Shown in pieces: positions 38,126 through 51,481 of a stretch of 64,000 nt of DNA (within the stretch, counting starts at the first letter, position 1; each line of letters opens with the position of its first letter). Below the pieces are notes generated by a model. It saw only the letters and a list, made by a program, of their open reading frames with translations. It was not told where the DNA came from and ran no database searches. This DNA comes from Kondoa subrosea. Taxonomy: Eukaryota. The position numbers were made by a program, and so were the translations under genes. The DNA is taken from the NCBI GenBank assembly GCA_039545335.1, contig BCIN01000007.1, positions 682,001-746,000 on the forward strand, written 5' to 3'.

Positions 38126-41100
38126 TCACCGCATTACAAATTTGTTTCCACACCAGGTACAAATGACTGCAGCCTCCAATGCGTCTCTCATAACCGATTC
38201 TTCCGAGATCGGCGCGTCATCTATATCCATCTCTTGCCCTTGTGTTGCTGGAGCAGATGAAGGTAAGATCACCTTCCGATCACAGCAGCTACAAGTCTTG
38301 ATGGCCATAGTTCTGATGATAGCCAAACTTATAGCGCAGCGATCTGAATCGCAAGGTTAAGTACGGTCGTATGACAGCGAGAATAATATTTACCCCAGAT
38401 GTGACCATTTGGGCAAGTCGCTTGCCTTAGATGCTCGAAAGGTACAGGTACTCGACAAGCTGGACATAATTCTGATGTATCTGACATTGCGGAGATAGAG
38501 TAAGGTTGACTAGCTGTAGAAGCAGACTGTAATGCTTGAGCCGCGTGAACCATTCTTGAAGTACAAGGGTTGACTTCTAAATCTTTATATCAAACAAGAA
38601 GTAGACACAGGCAAGAAGGCATAGCTTACCGCTCGACTTGAGACCCGCTTTGCTCAATACGGCAGCCATACAATCTACTATTCTTTTAGCCAAAGCTCGA
38701 ATTAGCTGATCTTGGAGGGATTGGAATTGCTGTAGGTAGGTAGTTGAAGCGAAGACTTTCTGTAAGGTAAACAAATTCAATCAATCAGCTCAAAGCTGAT
38801 CGCTGACGTTGCAACACTCACGCATGCCTGAGCCACTACAGTACATTGCAAACTCAAACGTTGCAAGACTGGGTCGTGATACATTCCAATAGCGAAGTTC
38901 GATGCAGTCTTGCGACCAAGAGCAGGTATGGCTTGATTTTCAGTCTGAGGCGCTAATAGAGCAAGCAATTCTTGCATTGCTGAATCTTGATCCGCAATGG
39001 TAGGTTTCAGATTATCAAGATAGCGTAGAGTAGGTATAAGGGTTGCTATACTACTTGTTTGCAAAGCTAAACGCTAATCTGTAAGCGAAATTCGTGCTCC
39101 GCAAAACAAAAACAGCTTACGAGAGACCGCTTCGCGCAATCTGACTTTGAGCTGATCCAGCGGCTCATCCAATTCCAATACATCCGCAGCGATCATGATT
39201 TCCGTGGCAATCTTGCCTTCAGCCCGATAAACTATTGTATCAGGTCTTTCCACTCTATTTTCGACACCGCCTTCAGATCAGCAGAGTCCTTATTCAAACT
39301 GATCTACGGAAAGGCGCACTCATAGATCCAGGAAATCAAACCTTTGCCATGCAAACCAACATTCACACCGAAAGTCTTCATGTAAGATCTCATAGTAGGT
39401 AAATTTTTCAAAGCCTTCATTTCATTGACCAAGAAAAGAGATCGAACTTTGTTTGTGAGGACTTTGGACTTGCTCTGATCATCCGAATAATCAATGAAAG
39501 GTGTTTTGGAAATATCTTGAATGATGTAGAAAGCAGAGGAAGAGAGTGCTACGAGACATTCATCCGTTGTCGGTAAATAGTGAATACCTTATGTAAATCA
39601 TGATTCAGCCTATAGTCTGAAGTCTTGGAAAAGGCCATACCGACACATTGAGCCCATGGAGTCGATCCAGCCCAAGTTGAGATCTGTTCCAGTATCATAG
39701 TAGTCATGGTAGTCGAAACTTCTCTCCCTTCTTGAGCTGGATCGATACTGAAAACATGAACTATTCCAAGTTGAGTTGCGATGAGACATTCGTTCTAAGT
39801 GTCAATTCATCAGATAGAACATAACGAATTCTTCAGATGGTGGAGACTGACAGAGGGTGTCTTAGCCCAAGCTAAACCAGCAACGGGTTTCGGATGACAG
39901 GGAAACGACAGCGTCTCCGCAATCTTGATGCCGACCGCATGACCATCGTCTAGACATTCAGAAGGAAGATGATCTTTGCTGAAGAGAGGTTCTGAAAGCG
40001 TTTGCTCTATCGAAAGGAGATGTAGATTTCCTTTGTTGGTACCCACGGCGAGGTAAGCGATTGCTATTTCAATTTATTGTCAGACAGACATACTCTCGGC
40101 AAGAGAAAGATCTTACCTGTATCGTCGTCAATCTTCCACTCGCCAAATTCTAGGCTCGAGATCCATTCTGAAGCAACGTGTTGTCTACAAAGTAACACAG
40201 CATGATCTCGTATCCTTCAGAAGCATTCAGTTCTACCTAAATCTGTCTGCACAACAGGAATCACTTACGCCCAAAGTGTGATATGACCTGAACGATGAGC
40301 GCAAGCCAAAATAGCCCGATCTTTTTGCCCAGGTATGCTAAGCGATTTGGACCAAGCGCATCCTTATCAATTCCTTATAAATTTTTGTCCTCGATGCGTC
40401 AAGAAGAGCAGAAGCTTACCGATTGATTGTACTTGAATGATGCCGACATGTAAAGCAGTTCTGTGAGCAGCGGAAGTCGCTTCTTTCTCTTCGTCTAGAG
40501 GTAATAGTATGAGTAGCTTGAGTAGTTCAATAGTAGGATCCGCTATCTAACCCTTTGGTCTTAAGCATCCTGTTGTGCTAAAAGACGAACGTAGCTGACC
40601 TTGTGCCATTCGCCTTGAAATGGATTCTTTGTAGGTCCATAAACAGAGACTTCATCATTTGTATTGACAGCTGCAATCAGACATCTATTTGCGTCGTACA
40701 TCAATGCCTCGATATCGCTTTAGCTGAATCAGACTTACGTTCCAATATCGCTTAGACTACCAGATGACCATTTAGCAGTCTTCCAAACCGGTATCACACC
40801 CGTAATGATAGGCGGGCAAGTTCTCAAATCTATATACCCACAGCAGCATCAAACCATCTTTCTTTCCAATTCTGAGAAATACAACTAACCATTTGTAAAG
40901 AATTCCCAAGAGATTTCAAAATCACATGAAATACCAGTACGGAACAATGCCACTGGTGCTACTTTCTCTTCCTTTTCTTTCTTTGAAGTAGTGGGATCTG
41001 GTTTAGGGTTCAATAGAGTTCCTTTAGGTAAACCAGAATGTTGAGGTGCTGATCCTTTAGGTATTGATAATCCTAAAGCAGGTGTCTATTTGTGCATCCG

Positions 41101-41257
41101 TATGAGAATGATAGCAGAGAAGAAGCAGAAGAGGGAAATTTACAAGAATATGGATTTCTTGTTTTGTTACGAGTAGGAATTGATTCTCGTTTGAATAATC
41201 CAAAGAAGGACAATTGTTTGGTAAATAAGGTAAAGAAGCAGTACTGATGCATGTCAT
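38126..41257 (-). CDS. RNA Pol III transcription factor TFIIIC subunit delta (Tfc8/GTF3C4-like)
   Basis: N-terminal beta-propeller-like start (..EIHILTP) and C-terminal zf-TFIIIC (CPAC...CPNGHIW.RC...CSCC...CTWCG). Confidence 0.75.
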
Positions 41258-41475
41258 CCTTTTCCCCTCGCATGCGTGAAAATCAATAATTGCTTGACGA
41301 AACGCGACGAGTCAAACGTCCGGACAGCAAGAGATTTAGAGCAGGCAGAGTACAGCAAAGGGTATAACAAAGCCACACTCAGATATCTCACAAAGGTACG
41401 TCGTCGCGAATTAAGCAATGCGCAATTTGGATCATTCTTATGAACTGCATGCAGTTGCTCGCAAAGCGCAAGAAT

Positions 41476-42027
41476 ATGCAGCTCTCTTGTCAATGTGGAC
41501 AAATCTCCTTTGCATTATCAGCAAACCAACCTTCCAAGCTCTATATCTGTCATTGTCTGTTCGTTACTCCCCCTCTCGCATTCTAATTCAATAGCCGACC
41601 CATCTATCTAACTCTCACTTTCATTGATACAGAGAATGTAGAAAACAATCTGGTGGATTAGTTGGATCAGCAGCTTTGTTTCCTGCATTCGATTTCCCTA
41701 AACAGGGCTTAGAATCTTACGAATGGAAAGCTGATTCAGGTCGAACTAAACTAGGTTACTTTTGTAACAAGGCATGCTTTTCACTCACTTCACTTGACAT
41801 GTAGGTATACTGATTGAAAAACGATTGACGATCAGTGTGGAACTAGAATCTTGCATATGCAACCTGGAGGAGATACTTTAAGGATCAAAGCCGGTACTCT
41901 GGATCAAGAGAAGTTGGATTGGAGTCAAGCAGAACATTTATGGACTTGCAGAGCTGTTCTGCCTATTCCTGAAGGAGCGGTCAAGCATGACAAAAATATG
42001 TTGAATGATCCACGAAACAAGAAGTGA
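41476..42027 (+). CDS. GFA/CENP-V (Mss4-like) zinc protein
   Basis: SCQCG, YICHCLECRKQSG, FCNK/CGT and IKAGTLD...HLWT; the second intron is GC-AG. Confidence 0.85.
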
Positions 42028-42183
42028 AATGCGAGAGAATGGATGCATGAGTGAAGGAGAACGAAACGAATTAGAAAGGTCATCCAAATGCGATAGGAAT
42101 GCAATGAGGACGATCAAAGTGGTACTGCTGTTCCCTTTTTGTAAACTGCCGCTTCGCCAATGATAGTCAAGTAAAAGACGTAT

Positions 42184-42847
42184 TTAGACGCTGCAAGTAC
42201 ATTAGTCCAGTTCAGGCAGGATAAGTATTACGTACGAGGCGAGAATGGTAGAGTCACCAGCATCGGTGATAGTCATGACACTAATCACGTTAAAATGAGT
42301 ATAATTGAATAGCGAAAAAGATAGCTGTTGACTAACCCAACGCGGAAAAGTTTACCGGCAGCTGTTCCAAGAGCGACGTTTGAGCCAGCGTAAAGGTGAA
42401 CAGGGGTCTTGGACAACATGGCGTAGTATTCGAGCTCAGAGCGGCGAAGAGGTTGGCAGTTACCAGATATGAGAACGAGCTTGGCTGTGAGTGAGACGTT
42501 CCTGCATTAGCGTATGCTAATCGCCAGGTCGCTTATGCTCACCCTTGCCAGATCGCATGAGCTTGAGGGTAGATTTGTATCCCAAAGAATATTTGCCAGA
42601 TTCTGTACATCGAGATTAGGAGTAAATTCAAGAGCTGAAAGTCCCGCGAAAGACGCACTGATGGTCAAAGCCAACTTGGTGTTGATGTTGTCCGAGGACT
42701 TCTTGACCTATTAGAAAAAAGCAACGCAGGGGTATATCAGTCCCTCCATCCAACGCTTGCACAGCAGCGCCGACTTCTCAGGGCTGCGTGCATTTTTTAA
42801 TAGGATTAGCGAACCTTCTTGTTTGCTGTTGGTGCAGTAGGGGCCAT
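42184..42847 (-). CDS. RPL30: 60S ribosomal protein eL30
   Basis: [44 protein letters not shown] and ITDAGDS. Confidence 0.97.
42736..42786 (-). promoter_or_regulatory. Predicted kink-turn RNA element in RPL30 intron 1 overlapping the branch point
   Basis: CAGCCC-UGA-GA-AGUC ... GAUG-GA-GGG-A-CUG(AU): C-stem, 3-nt bulge, tandem G.A pairs and extended NC stem. Confidence 0.65.
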
Positions 42848-43208
42848 TTCTGTTAAAGTCAAAGATTAGCAATTGGCTTTTTGAACAAAGTGCATGCCTT
42901 TTCAACAAAGCTCGCTTGCCAATATGCACAGCAGAGCTCGTCGAGAAGACATAGCACAGACGGAGTACTCACTTGATGATATGAAGGTTGACTTACAGCG
43001 AAAGCAAGAAGATTTCGAATTTTCGCAAAGAGAAGAGCGACGCCACATTTCCCCATTTCCTGATCCACGAAGCAGCAGTACAGCAGGTCTGAAACTCGCC
43101 TAAGGCAACTCAATGTATGTATCTGCATGTCATAAGACAGCAATGCTAATCTTTCCTCTATCTCAGCCAATCTCTCGCACACAGCTTAATTGAAGCCCTT
43201 TACCAATC

Positions 43209-43891
43209 ATGTCTGTGGACCCTTCACTGCTCTTCTTCCAGCAGCAAGAGCCAGCTCAAGCAGTAGAAGAGGAAACATCTTCTGAAGCTATCTTACCTGA
43301 AATCCCTTCTGATCCATCCCAAACTCAACGTGACCAGTTTGTCCATCTCTCTAATCTCCCATTCTGTATTCATATAATGTTCTTATAGAGTTCTAGCTGA
43401 ATTACTATATCAACTCTGTCCGCCCAATTCATCAATAGAAGATTCAGAAGCTCCTCTTATACCAGACGCCTTATTGACTTATTACCTTCAACGAGCTGGT
43501 TTCCAAACTGATAATTTGGCAGTCACTCGATTGATTGGATTAGCAACCCAGAAATTCATGGCTGATATTATTGGAGATGCATATCAGTATGCTAGAACAA
43601 GAGGTGGAACTACAGGTGGTGGAGGAGGACAAGTGGGTAGACCTAGTAAAGAAGATGAAGCCAATACTGCTGCTGCTGCTGCTACGAATACGAATGCTAA
43701 CGGGCAAGATCCAAAAGGAAAGAAGAAAGCTGCAGAGAAGGAAAGGGATAAATCTAGGACAGTATTAACGATGGATGATCTGAACAGCGCTTTGGAAGAG
43801 TACGGGATTCAGGCGAATAGGTGCGCTCCTATGTCTTCTTCATTGGTGATCACATTCTGATGTGTTATATAGGGCACCGTATTATCTGTAG
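43209..43891 (+). CDS. TAF10: TFIID/SAGA subunit TAF10
   Basis: PLIPDAL..YYLQRAGF...RLIGLATQKFMADI..DAYQY and VLTMDDL..AL.EYGI...PYY. Confidence 0.92.
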
Positions 43892-45405
43892 AAATATTCT
43901 TATGTACAAATTGCATTGCATGGCTCGAAGTAACCGATTGTCCTTGTGACACATCATTTTGCTCAGTCTCTGCCCTTCTACAACGCATTGTACTGCATTG
44001 ACTTGCTATGTTTCATTCGAAATCTATTCGAAATCTTCCCATATCAGAATGATTCAGGTTCGCAGCAAGGATCTCGACAAGCATCATCTCTTACTTTTCT
44101 GAGCTGTCATGGACAACACCTGTATTCTGTACCTGACCGTGCTTCATCGACCTTTGTATGGAGTGCATTGTGACCCTGCATCCTTTCCTTGGGCTGATCA
44201 AGATTTGAAACTAAAGAAAGTCTTGAGTTTGCTGCTTGTTTTCCCGGATGATTGGACTATAGAGAGATAGCATTAATATTCAATTTCTATCGTGATATAG
44301 ACAGGATTGAGAAATCCTACCTGTTTGTGATGAGGAGGAGGACGTAGCTGGATCTCGATCGCTAGAAGAAGAAGAAGAAGAGGATCTAATGTATTGACCT
44401 TGTTGCTCTGTGTCGTACGACTTCCCATTGAGTCTCGCTTCGTGTAAGTGGGAAGATGGATGATGACATACTTTGTTGCTCATACGCTTTCAACGTTAAC
44501 GGATTCACCCGTTGACTCGGATCTAAAAATCCTAAAGAAAGATAACAGAGGAGAACAGAAATAAGAACTAGGGCAAAATTCGAGGCAACGGATGAAAAGC
44601 GAACCCATCGAATTGCCTTTGAAGACAGAATGAGCGCAAGAAGGCGCATCGTGATTCGGTGACATCGCTCAAAGGTGCACAATCAACGGCTAGGAGGCCA
44701 GGACAACGATAACGGTATTGCGAATGGACGTTTGAAGATAATCAATTTCCCAAGCAACATGGAGAAATTCATGCTTAGGTAATCAGGCGATCTTTCACCT
44801 ACGGGACGAAGAGGCATCTGGCGGATTGGAGTACGCTAAGACTTGGTTATGTTCAGCATTTAGATTTACGTCGTTTGTGGATTCTTGCTTTGACTTTGCC
44901 CGACTTTTAAGGTAAACCCAAACCCTTTTCAGCATCGATAGATCCAAGCTCTTGCTCTGTCAGCAGCCATGAGTTGGACCCAGAAGATCTCAGTGCTTGA
45001 GTAGTAACCTCAACATTTCTTTATTGACTTTTGAGCTCTTTCGTATGGTCCACAATATATTTCAAGAAGTTCTAAACGAGCGAAAGGGAAAAAAGGGAAT
45101 TGACGACGGAAAGAAGCGTCTAAGTGGTACCAAGATAGAGTAAGGCGGATGCAATGAACTCTTTACCAGACGACTTTGCAAAGGGGAATAGCATTTGGTG
45201 ATTGATCAAATGGGGAGAAAAGGGTATAGTAAGCAGAGCCTTGCTGCTTCTTGGCATTCGCCAACGACAACATACAATAAGCTTGTCCTATCCACAGCAA
45301 AGAGGATAGAGCTGAGAAACCAAAAAGAGCAACCCCCAAGCCAAAGAGGACAATTTATCAGCCGTATTTCTTGACCGTTTGAGTATACATCTGATTAGTA
45401 CATTT

Positions 45406-46136
45406 TCATCCTTTCTTAAACCCAAGCTTCTTTCGCTGTAAGCCGTTGTTCTCCATCAGCATGCAATGCATATGGGAAGCAAAACGCTTACCTCATAGAA
45501 GAGATCCGTTCTACTCGCTCCACTATAGTGATTAAGAAGCATAAACATGTGCGAACGTAATTACTACCGAAGAGACTCTTTACGTACAGATTGACAATTT
45601 TCGGGCATCCGTCTCTATCCTTTTCTAACCGTGTACATTCCGAGCAGTAATGAGCGTCAGAGACACCAGGAGCTCCACCTATAAGTATGTTTGAGTGCAA
45701 GTCACAAGAAGAGAAGAGGAGCAGACTTACAGATGATACATCTTCCTCCATAAGTACCGAAATTGCATTCATCGCATATGCGAACGAGCGTTTCTGGCCG
45801 CACATAAGAATCGCAAACAGGGCTGCCAAAGCGCAAGATGCAGATCAGCTTCGAAGCGGAATTGCAGCGTGCACTACTGACCATTTTCCATCACATTTCC
45901 TGCGGTGAAAGCATGGTCAATACTGAGAGATACGCTACATAGTACGAGTACTCACTCGCACAACCTTCCGACAGCTATTCGTGAAGCATCAGTTAACAGC
46001 CAGCTAAGCAAATGTTAATGCAGAACGAACCAATTCCAGGCAATTTCCTGCATGAGATCAAATCTGGTACAAGGTTATTTCAGTTCATGGTCGAGAGTGC
46101 GATGCATGTAAGCTCACCTGGATTATGTTTCGACAT
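45406..46136 (-). CDS. RDS3: SF3b subunit PHF5A/Rds3
   Basis: [48 protein letters not shown] and TDLFYE. Confidence 0.95.
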
Positions 46137-47036
46137 GACGTGGCGGCTACGGGACAAGGTGTTCGAAAAGTGGATTCAACTCTCGTCCTGGTACGAGGAA
46201 GATACTGGATCATACCAGACTATGGGAAGAATTCAACATGAAAGATACCTGGCCGCTATGATGGACTGCTGGAACAGAACATCGTTTCCCATGGCTCTGT
46301 CAATGTGCCTGCTCGACAGTCGGGCAGATGCGTCGAAGCCTTGCAACATGAAGCTCAGCTTAGAGTGATACGATCTGTCTTGTGCTCGGTGTGCAACAGG
46401 TTTTCACATTGTACTTCAGAAGCTCTACCTTTGGACTGCGGCGGTCGCTTTGCTGTTGTATTGCCTGTTCGTCCTCCTAGCTACTACTCCAACTGTACTG
46501 CTTACTGTTCGATACTACCATTGCGTACTCTGACTTTGGCTTTGGGCTTCAACGAATGCTCATCGCGGTGGACATTGATGTACGCGGAATCGATTGCTTA
46601 AACCGATACTTCAACGCTCTACCGCTCCTCGTATGTTTCATATCATGCCAGGGTCCTCTCTTGAACGCGCTGCCCAGGTTCAAGGGATAGCTTGTTGCAT
46701 TAATTCCCGCGCGCAATGGCAAGCTCTGGCTCGCGTCCTGTCTTTCGCCCGAAGCCAACAGTTTGATGAACGCGCGTCTGTTGCTTTTCTCAGCAGTGAA
46801 GTGGGGCAGCTGTAGGTAGACCGAGGGAACGAACGAGATTTGCGACTTGCTTAATGGGCAAGCCTGCCTACGCAATGGTGTATTCTAGTAGCTCTGACTG
46901 TAGCTATCCCTGCTTGCTAAAGATGAAACATTACAGAGATTTGAGACACTCAGTTTGCAACCCCTTTGACGTAGACTTTCGATCAAACACATTGTCCCCT
47001 TTGGCGACAGACAATGAAATAAACATTATATACCAA

Positions 47037-49536
47037 ATGGATTATGAGCATACCAATGGCGGCAGCAATGGTCACAGCAGTAGCGAGCAGCAACAGCATC
47101 AAGTGCAGTATTCACCAGAACATGAAGTTGATATAAGAGAATGGCAAGAGGAAACTGTTCATGGATTCTTACATTCGCTTGGTTTTGGCTTTTACGAGCA
47201 ACAGATCAAAGGTGAGCTTCATCATTTGGTGAGCGCCTTGAACGGGCTGAGTTGTTTCTCTGGTCAGAGCATGGCATTACTGGTGATATCTTGATTCATC
47301 TGGATCATGAAGCTTTAAAGGATGTTGGCATACACTCTGTTGGTCAAAGGCTGTCTATACTCAAAGCAGTCTACACCTTGAAGCTGCGAGATGATATACC
47401 GATAGAACAAAGTCATTGGGTTCCACCAACTGAAGATATGGATGAAGCTATGATGAGCAGTCCGAGGAATAGCAGCATTCTTTCTGGCCAAATGAACGAT
47501 ATGCTAGGCTCTAGAGATGATCGAATCAAGTCGCTTGAATTGGAAGTCAGGCGGTTGAGCGATCAATTATCTGCTGTACGCGAAGAGATGCAGGTCATTT
47601 CTAAAGCGCTCTACAATAAGGTACAATTCCAATTGATTGTAGCTCTCTTTGCTTGTTGCTCATGATTGAACAGGAGCCACCGTTACAATACAGTAGAGGA
47701 CCGAAAGCTCAAAGATCACCGGTTCAAGCAACCTTCCCCGGTCTCCCGTCTTCTAGTATGTCTGAAGCGCAACGTATAGCTATGCAGCAAGCGACAAAAG
47801 CAAACTACCAAGCAAATTATTACAATCCAGACAGTCCGGCAGCGAGTCCAGCTGCTATGACTTTCCAACACTACGAAACACCAGCGGATGGCAACCAATC
47901 TGGAATGATGAACTTGCAAGCTTCGGACGGATCAGTCATGCCAGCTTCTTCACATATGCCTCTCACCCCTGCTGGCTTATCATCTTCTTCACCTGTTTCA
48001 CCTGGTCCTTCTTCACCTGCTAATTTCTCCCCTCGTAATCCTATTCAGAACAACACTAGTCGGTCAAACAGCAGTACTGACTTGATCAAACCTAATACAA
48101 CAACTTCTTCCATTGTCGCTTCTTCCCGACCTTCAACCAACTCATCCTCACCATCATCCACAGCTGATCATCCTTATCGATCTTTCAAAGTAACTCTAGA
48201 AGATCCATGCTACAAAGTTTTACCAGCAGCATTAAAGAAATACAAAATCAATGACGATTGGAGAGAATACGCTTTATTCATTTGCTACGGTGGTGATGGA
48301 ACAGAAAGATGTTTGTGCTATGATGAAAAACCTTTGTTGCTTTTCCAAAAATTAAAAGACGCAAAACAAAACCCGGTCTTCATGTTGAGGCATATCAAAG
48401 ATATCAAATCACCTATTCAAGTAGCTACTGCTAAACATGCTGCTAGGAAAGAAAAGAAGTTGAAAGATGGAGCTGATTCCAGAAGTGCTAAAATATTGAA
48501 AGAAAGTGGTGAGGATCCAACTATTGCAAATGCAAGTGCTATAACTCCTACTGTGGCTACCATGGCGGAAAAAGATGCGCAGAAAGATGTTGCTGGCATC
48601 GTTCAAGATGGACCTCATCCTATGCCATTGCCTAGTCCAACTTCAAGGCAAATTATGGGTTATTGTATTTCGATCTACCCGTATTTGGCTGAAAGAGAGG
48701 TGCGGAATCATTTAGGCTATGCTATCTTGTAGCTCATTCAGATTTTCTGTACAGGACGAGTTCGATGCAGCCGTTGGAGATACTTTCGTGATCGTCAACA
48801 AGGTAAGTCGGTATTCGCTGAGTATATTACTGTCTTTCTTAACAGTATCATTCAGGCCAAAGGCTGGTGGACAGTATATCGAGATCATCGACAACCGGGA
48901 GCAGCAGAACCGGATGACGAAATCGCTTCGCATTCAGGCTGGGTTCCAGCTGGTTGTCTCCTCGAAACTTCAGTTCCACCTCTATCTCTCGCTACGCCTT
49001 CTTCAGATCAGACTACCGCAACCGCAAATAGTCATTCTCCTAGTGCTGCAAATGTACCTATCAAACCTTCACTTATCGTTAGCGTTTCAACACCTGGTGT
49101 AGCTTTGATGGAATTCAAAGGTACTGGAAGCGATGAGCTCAAATTGGTCAAGGGTCAAATGATGCGTGTCTACAAGCGATATAATCAGTAAGTGTCGATT
49201 GTGGTGCTGAGAGAGCACGGCCTGACTTGAATAATAAGCTGGTCCTACGCTATCAAAGATGACACTGGTGAAAGAGGCTGGGTCCCTTCTTGGTTCGTAG
49301 GAAAAGTGAGCTCGATTGCATTAGATCTTGCTATGGGACTAACAAAAGATGGGAAGGTCAATTCGAAGTCAAGTGCCTCAGCTGTCCAAGGACAAATCGA
49401 AAGTCCAGCTCAATTGAGTCCAGCAACTCCTTCTGATGGACCTATAGCTTCTCATACCCCGATTGTCGAACTGGCTCCTTCTTTACCGCGAAGCATGTCG
49501 AGTCAATACAAGTTACCAAATATCAACAGCATATGA
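47037..49536 (+). CDS. STE50: MAPK adaptor Ste50/Ubc2 (SAM, RA, two SH3 domains)
   Basis: SAM (ITGDILIHLDHEALKDVGI), RA (SFKVTLEDPCYKVLPAALKKYKI) and SH3 motifs (AGWVPAG, RGWVPSWF). Confidence 0.92.
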
Positions 49537-49727
49537 ATCTATCACATTAAAGTATTCGTTTTCTTCTTAGGCTTATTTATCTAGCACGGTGTTTATTTGT
49601 ATTGCGGACTCTTTCTGATATATATACAATGCATATGAAATTGAACTTTTTGCCAAACCCGTATACAAGTGAAAAAGATATCTAATCTACAGCTCAAGAA
49701 GTTACCAACACCGAAACCAAAGCAAAC

Positions 49728-50599
49728 CTAGCGCATTCGTCGGATATTCGTCATAACATGGCCATACACAACATCCTCAGCCTCAACAGAAGCTTTCAAA
49801 GCATTACGATTCCTTCTTTTCGCCGTCCCGGTAGTGAATAGAGTTGGCAAGTTCTCTTTGTCTAATGCTCCAGAATCTCTCATCGTAAGGACAGACGGCT
49901 TTGCCTTGAGAGTGAAATCGATTGAAGGATCATTGATGAGCAAGCTTTGACGAGAAGGTTTGGCTTGTAGGACTGGTCGAGTTGGAGTAGCTAAAACTTC
50001 AGCTTCTTCTGCCGGCTATAATATCAACGTAAGCGATTATCTAAGTTACGTTCAAACGAAAAGACATACTGCATCTGTATGCCGTCGTATTTCAACAGCT
50101 ACATTGACTGTCGGATCATGTTCCATGAATTCAATCACGTTGACGAAAGAAGACAAGCTTTCTACAGAATTGTTGTGAAGTAGAGGAGGTGCAGGAACTC
50201 GTTGAACCTTGTGTGAAGTTTGACTTGCTGACATGCCATCATTGGAAATTTGCGTATCTGTTCTGCGAAGAGCGTCCATCGAAGAAACTGTCACAGATAA
50301 ACCTCAGCAGAGCTCGTCATATGCATCATGTTGATGACTTACAAGATCGAAGAACTTGAGGTGGAGAATTATCGAATGCGCTGAGTGAAATGCTTGACCC
50401 ATTTTGCAGATTTGGTAGACCATGAGCAGGCCGAGAATAAGAGCCTTGATAGCAGTACAGACAGCCATCGATCCGTCCTAAACATGACATTAGCTCAACT
50501 TACAGAAGTACTGAAAAAAAAAGCCTTACTGCTATGTCCGCATGCTCTTCGTACAGATTTCTTGACCCTTGGCGCAAACAGCCCGCAGAACAAATCCAT
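49728..50599 (-). CDS. Hypothetical protein (multi-exon, low complexity)
   Basis: ORF pieces 49728-49943 and 50052-50294 flanked by splice signals; start tentative. Confidence 0.35.
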
Positions 50600-51481
50600 T
50601 CAAAGTTGGTAGTTGACAGTGAAAGAGAACAACAAACGAGGAAGAAGTGTGATGAAGAACCAAACAAGGCCTAAGCTTGAGAAGGATGCTTCCAGAGGTG
50701 AGTAACTTAACATGGCAGCCATGCGAGGCTCTGAATAGACTATTTTGTTCAGTGCAGAGCATAGCTACAGCTGCGCTTGTACGCAGGCAGCCGCGAGAAG
50801 CTGTGCGTGGAAGTACAAATGCTTTGTATTGATGTTCACTTGTAGCACAATGCGATCATCAGGCGTAGGCCAAGCTCGATATTGGTCAACAAGCAACAGA
50901 AGGTCTTATTCGCTCCGAAACGCGTATATAGAGACGCGAAAGTGGCATGAAGCGCCAGTCCATCGTCGAGACAGACAAGCGGGACAAAGTTGAGTAGGCT
51001 GACGAGCATTTCCAGCCATACAGGTCACTGATCATCATACTATATGTGCAGTCTTCGAGCATTCCGCAACGCAATAAGTTTGAGTTCCGCGCGAGTTGCG
51101 TCGAGCACTCCATGCATTCTTGCTAGGTCTAGTTTGTTCATTTGATCAAGGCTATCACAGAGTATGACGTAGTTTGTTCGAGCGTGTTGCAGCGAGTCGT
51201 CCTGCCTGAAGCTGATCCGAAACACACGAGACCCAATTCGAGATCTTGCTCGATCTCCGTTTGAGCGTTAGTTCGTAGCTTGCTATTGGTGTGACAGGTA
51301 TAGAGGTCTCTGGATATAGCTGCTTCGGTATCACGCAACCGATCTAGCGCATTCTCAAAGATTGTGATCGTTGCTCTCCAAGTTACAGCGATCTCATCTC
51401 TTACCTCTGATCAGCGCTTTGAGCGGCGTGCTTCTTTACACAGCTCCTTCCCAATTGTCGCTTCATATTGTGCCCACGATC

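Noticed and set aside
43900..44940. Possible multi-exon hypothetical gene on the - strand
   Set aside because: Splice signals are present but no consistent stop-free frame could be built.
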